40,618 nucleotides of DNA from an uncultured Gemmatimonadota bacterium (lineage in GTDB: Bacteria > GCA-2686955). The position numbers were made by a program, and so were the translations under genes. Below, piece by piece: positions 33,437 to 40,618 of this stretch; positions within the stretch are counted from its first letter, which is position 1; every line of letters begins with the position of its first letter. Where the stretch lies: contig CAZBBK010000011.1 of assembly GCA_964490075.1 (NCBI GenBank), forward strand, positions 62,001 through 102,618. The letters run 5' to 3'. Under the pieces are notes generated by a model. The model was not told where the DNA came from. It saw only the letters and a list, made by a program, of their open reading frames with translations, and made no database searches.

Positions 33437-34882
33437 ATGCCACTCAAACGCTTGGATGGATGGCTCTGGGCGCTGTTGAGCGCAGCCGGCGGCGGCGCGG
33501 CGTGGGCCTTCGCGGCCTTCCCGCGTGATGACGCGTTGATCACCTACCGCTACGCGCTGCGCCTGTCTCAGGGGCTGGGCTTCAGCTACCAGGAGGGTGC
33601 CGCGGTGTGCGGCAGCTCCACGCCGCTGTGGACGCTGCTGCTGGCGCTCGGCGCCCGCCTCGGGGCCCCGCCGGCGCTTGCCGCTCCGGCCCTCGGAGCT
33701 CTCTGTCACGCCCTCGCAGTGCCCCTCCTGGTGCGCCTGGGCGCGCGGCTGGGCCGGCGCCGCGGCGGCTGGATCGCGGCCTCGATGTACGCCCTCTGCC
33801 CTCCGGTAGTGGCGATCGCCGGCTCCGGGATGGAGAGCGCCGCCGCCACCCTGGCGCTGCTGGCGACGCTGACCTGCGCCCTCGAAGGGCGCGCGCTGCT
33901 GGGCGGCGCCTGCATGGGGATCGCACTGTTGCTGAGGCTCGACCTGGCCCTCTTCGCCCTGCTGCTGCTGCTCTGGTGGCGCGTGAGCCACCGGCGCTGG
34001 CCGTGGCCGGCGCTGGCGGCCGCGGTGGCCGTGCAGCTGCCCTGGTGGATCTACGCGCAGGCGACCTTCGGATCGATCGTCCCCCACAGCGTAAACGCCA
34101 AGCTGGTCTTCTACTCCGCGAGCGAATGGCCGCGTCCCGCGGCCACCCTCGACTGGTTCGCCGGCGACCCGGCGCGGATCGTGCTGAGCCTCTCGGCCCT
34201 CCTCGGCGCCTGGGTCGCTAGCCGCTCCCGGCGCGGCGCCTGGCTGATCGCCGCCTGGCCGCTGGCCCAGTTCCTCTCCTACGACCTGGCCGGGACCCTG
34301 GTGCACGAGTGGTACCGCACCCCCCCCTACCCGGTGTTCTTCCTCTTCGCCGCCCTCGGCGGCGCGCTGCTGATCGACCGGGTCGCCGGCGGCCGCGCCC
34401 GGGCGGCCGCCTCCGTCGCGCGGATCGGCGCGCTGCTGCTCCTTGCCGCCGGCGCCGCGCGCCTGCCCGCGACCTGGTCGCTCTGGGATCGATCCACCGC
34501 GCGCATGCGCGGCGCCCACGGCGAGGTCGCCGCCTGGCTGCGCGCCCACGCCGCTCCCGACCACCGGGTGGCCTGCGGAGACATCGGCCTGATCGGCCTC
34601 GAATGCGGCGCCCGCATCCTCGACACCGTCGGCCTGGTCTCGCCCGAGGTGGTGCCCTACAACCGCCGTCGCGACTTCCTCGGCATCTACACCGAGCTGC
34701 GCCCCGAGTGGGCCGTGATCGGCACTTACGGTCCCCTCTTCTCCGCCATCATCGAGGCTCCGTCCTTTCGCGCGCTCTACCGCGAAGAGGCGCGCTTCGC
34801 CTACACCGAAGAGATCGACTACGTCGTCTACCGGCTCCTGCCACCATCTCAGAGCCGAAAGTCGGCCAGCACCGGCGCGTGA
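33437..34882 (+). CDS. Polytopic membrane protein, GT-C-type glycosyltransferase-like
   Basis: RDDALITYRYA..G.GF..GSSTPLWTLLLA, SGMES, RLD, DIGLIG..LDTVGLVSP with many TM helices; start uncertain (ORF open from 33317). Confidence 0.72.
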   Translation: MPLKRLDGWLWALLSAAGGGAAWAFAAFPRDDALITYRYALRLSQGLGFSYQEGAAVCGSSTPLWTLLLALGARLGAPPALAAPALGALCHALAVPLLVRLGARLGRRRGGWIAASMYALCPPVVAIAGSGMESAAATLALLATLTCALEGRALLGGACMGIALLLRLDLALFALLLLLWWRVSHRRWPWPALAAAVAVQLPWWIYAQATFGSIVPHSVNAKLVFYSASEWPRPAATLDWFAGDPARIVLSLSALLGAWVASRSRRGAWLIAAWPLAQFLSYDLAGTLVHEWYRTPPYPVFFLFAALGGALLIDRVAGGRARAAASVARIGALLLLAAGAARLPATWSLWDRSTARMRGAHGEVAAWLRAHAAPDHRVACGDIGLIGLECGARILDTVGLVSPEVVPYNRRRDFLGIYTELRPEWAVIGTYGPLFSAIIEAPSFRALYREEARFAYTEEIDYVVYRLLPPSQSRKSASTGA

Positions 34883-35760
34883 TCCGACTCCCCGAGCTGC
34901 TCCTCGGCGGAGCGCGAGCGCACGTCCAACCCCTCGTTGTGGATCTCGGTGCGCACGAAGCCGCGCCACAGGGCGCGCGACACCAGGATGTGATCGAGCA
35001 GAAGGCGCCGGCCCCGGTAGAGATGAGAGAAGCGCCGATCGGCCGAGAGCGCCGAGGCGACCGCCACCAGCTCGGCCTTGCGCAGCGCCACTCGCCGTGC
35101 CGCCTCGTGATCGCCCATCAGGATCTCCAGGGTGATCGAAGCCGGCGTGTCGTTCAAGTCGCCCATCAAGAGCAGCCTGGTGTCGGGGTCCTCGTGCAGC
35201 GACTCGTCGATCAGACGGCGGATGCGCAGGGCCTGCGCTGTGCGTTTCACGCCGGAGTAGAGCGCGCCCGTCGCCCACTCGCTCAAGGTCCCGGGGGCGA
35301 GCTCGTCCTGCAGCACGGGATCGACCGCGCGCTTCGACTTCAGATGCGCCGCCAGCACCCGCACGCTCGACGAATCACCGGTTCGCACCCGGGCGTCGAG
35401 GATCGAGCCGATGCTCGGCAGAGCGTCGCCACGCCAGGAAACCAGGTCGAGGCCGTCGTCGTGGACCCGGACCTCGGTCGCCGGCAGGCGCGAGAGCAGC
35501 CAGGTGCGGGTCTCTCTGCTGGCAGGATCGGACGCGGCGACGATCTTCATCTCGCTGCCGCAGACCTCGAGCACCTGCTCGACCGACTCGCGTTCCACCA
35601 CCTCCTGCAGCGTCGCCACGTCGGGACGGATCCGCGAGAGCGCGTCGGCGATGGCGCGGCACTTGGCCGCGTGCCGCTCCTCGGAGAGCTGCAGATGGGT
35701 GTCGGTCGCACCCCGAGCCAGCAGGCTGCCGCAATTGAAGGTGGAGAAGCGCACGATCAT
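34849..35760 (-). CDS. Endonuclease/exonuclease/phosphatase (EEP) family protein
   Basis: STFN, TLQEV, AHLKSK, MGDLND, LDHILVS, SDHAPV; ATG 35760 behind GGAGG. Confidence 0.9.
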   Translation of the reverse strand: MIVRFSTFNCGSLLARGATDTHLQLSEERHAAKCRAIADALSRIRPDVATLQEVVERESVEQVLEVCGSEMKIVAASDPASRETRTWLLSRLPATEVRVHDDGLDLVSWRGDALPSIGSILDARVRTGDSSSVRVLAAHLKSKRAVDPVLQDELAPGTLSEWATGALYSGVKRTAQALRIRRLIDESLHEDPDTRLLLMGDLNDTPASITLEILMGDHEAARRVALRKAELVAVASALSADRRFSHLYRGRRLLLDHILVSRALWRGFVRTEIHNEGLDVRSRSAEEQLGESDHAPVLADFRL

Positions 35761-36039
35761 CGGCCGCCCTCCGGCGAGCTCGCGAATTCGAACCCGCCCG
35801 CGACCTCCCGCGAAACGCGGCCGGTCGACGCTGTCCATCGAATCGACTCGAAACGCATGAAATCAGCATAGCAGCAACAGCCATCGGCCCTTTTCAGGCG
35901 TGTCGGAGCGCGCGCGCGCTTGATCCTCTACCGGCGACATTCGAGCGATCTCGAAGCGTCGTCTGTGGTTGCGGCGGACTCCCCGGCACTCCCTCCCGGC
36001 ACCCCCCGCCGGGCCCCGAGAAACGATCCGCCCTTTCGG

Positions 36040-36093
36040 TTGACATCCCAATATGGAAGGTCTATTCCTCACGGCGCACACTAGATACAGCGT
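36040..36093 (+). promoter_or_regulatory. nrdJ promoter region with NrdR-box-like site(s)
   Basis: TTGACA at 36040-36045; ACACTAGATACAGCGT (36078-36093) resembles the NrdR consensus acaCwAtATaTwGtgt; weaker half-match TCCCAATATGGAAGGT starts 32 bp upstream (36046). Confidence 0.6.
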
Positions 36094-36212
36094 ATCGGTC
36101 CCCTTTCAATCTGCCGAGTCGAAGCCACCGGCCCCGGGTAGCATGTGGTGTGGAGCAGTGGGATCGAGCCCGCCCGAGAGCATCAGCCGAACCCGTACGC
36201 CAGGACAAGCCC

Positions 36213-39706
<3,494 letters not shown>

Positions 39707-39710
<4 letters not shown>

Positions 39711-40552
39711 CCGGCCGCTGGGCGCTGCTCGCGCTGCCGGCGCTGACCTGCGGCGCCGCCTCGGCTCAGTTCTCCAGACCGGCGCTGATGCCGCGCGATG
39801 CCGCCCAGGAAACCACCGCGGTCGTCCCGCCGAGCGCAACCCCGCGACCGCTCCCGGTGGCCTCCTCCGGGCTGATGGCGCCGGTCCTCTCGGTGGACCA
39901 GATCGCCCGCTTCGCCGACGGAGTCGGATGGCGGGAGGTCGCGCGCCTGCCCGCTCGGGCCTTCGACCACGGGATGATCGAGGCACTGGAGCTGGAGCGC
40001 ACCAAGAGCCTGCGGCCCGGGGTCGAGCTCTACCCGCGCACGGTCGTGGCGTTGCTCTCCTTCGCCGAAGCGGCGCGAATCCCGCTCGCCCGCCCGGGTT
40101 CGCCCCAGCGCTATCACCCCGACGCGGCCAAGCAGGGCTTCGCCGAGCTGGCGAGCAGCGCCGCCGATTGGACGCCGGTCCACTACGACGCGGTGCGCAT
40201 CGCCGACCAGGTCATGGTCTTCCTGACCGCCGGCTTCCTCTTCCAGCCGGCAACCAGCGAGCTGGCCGGTTTCTGCGCCGGAATCGGCGCGCGCGGCGGA
40301 AGCAGTCCGCACGCCCGTTCGCTGCGCGCCCGCGGCGCCCGCGCGGCCGAGAGCTACCGCGTCAAGGAGGCGCAACGCCTGCTGGGCCTGATGGGCTTCT
40401 ACGACTCCTCCCTGGACGGCATTTGGGGTCCGCGATCGCGGGCCGCCATGGAGGCCTTCCAGGTGGTCAGCGGCCTGCCGGCCAGCGGCGAGCCCGACTC
40501 GGCCTCGATCGCCGCCCTGCGCAGCGAAGCCGATCGTTACGGCGGTCTTTGA
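39707..40552 (+). CDS. Secreted protein with C-terminal peptidoglycan-binding domain
   Basis: GTGA overlap with nrdJ stop; signal peptide; [35 protein letters not shown] pattern; 3' part of ORF 36629..40552. Confidence 0.75.
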
Positions 40553-40618
40553 GACGCAATCGGCGTGTCATGTTCCCCCAGCTCCTGCCGCCAAATTCCG
40601 CAATCGCAGCCCTGGTGG

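Noticed and set aside
35761-36212. Cobalamin riboswitch upstream of B12-dependent nrdJ
   Set aside because: Could not find the conserved B12-box elements by eye; an Infernal search would be needed to exclude it fully

Overview
GC-rich bacterial chromosomal window with about 29 protein-coding genes. I found no rRNA, tRNA, CRISPR array, integrase or transposase. Two secreted proteins with T9SS/FlgD-like C-terminal domains plus a PorV-family barrel suggest an FCB-group lineage (inference). Left to right: the 3' end of a cytochrome b (bc-complex) subunit; a five-gene sulfur-relay/redox operon (HTH + Cys-rich + receiver regulator, DsrC/TusE, DsrM-like, DsrK-like, tandem two-domain DsrC) with no dsrAB or dsrJOP in the window; a SWIM-SNF2 helicase; a glutamine amidotransferase; two Thr-type sulfatase-like enzymes; an M20 peptidase and an esterase; an alpha-glucan utilisation locus lacking SusD (GH13 lipoprotein, TonB-dependent receptor, 1066-aa CTD protein, PorV-like, tandem-CBM20-like CTD protein); then housekeeping genes (receiver proteins, class II aldolase, cysC, enoyl-CoA hydratase, nucleosidase, Fpg/Nei, glgP, GT-C, EEP, class II ribonucleotide reductase with an NrdR-like box, peptidoglycan-binding protein). 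The two best candidates for undescribed systems are the DsrMK module whose DsrC proteins carry complementary cysteines and the T9SS-based SusD-less glucan locus. All calls come from motif recognition by eye; no searches were run.
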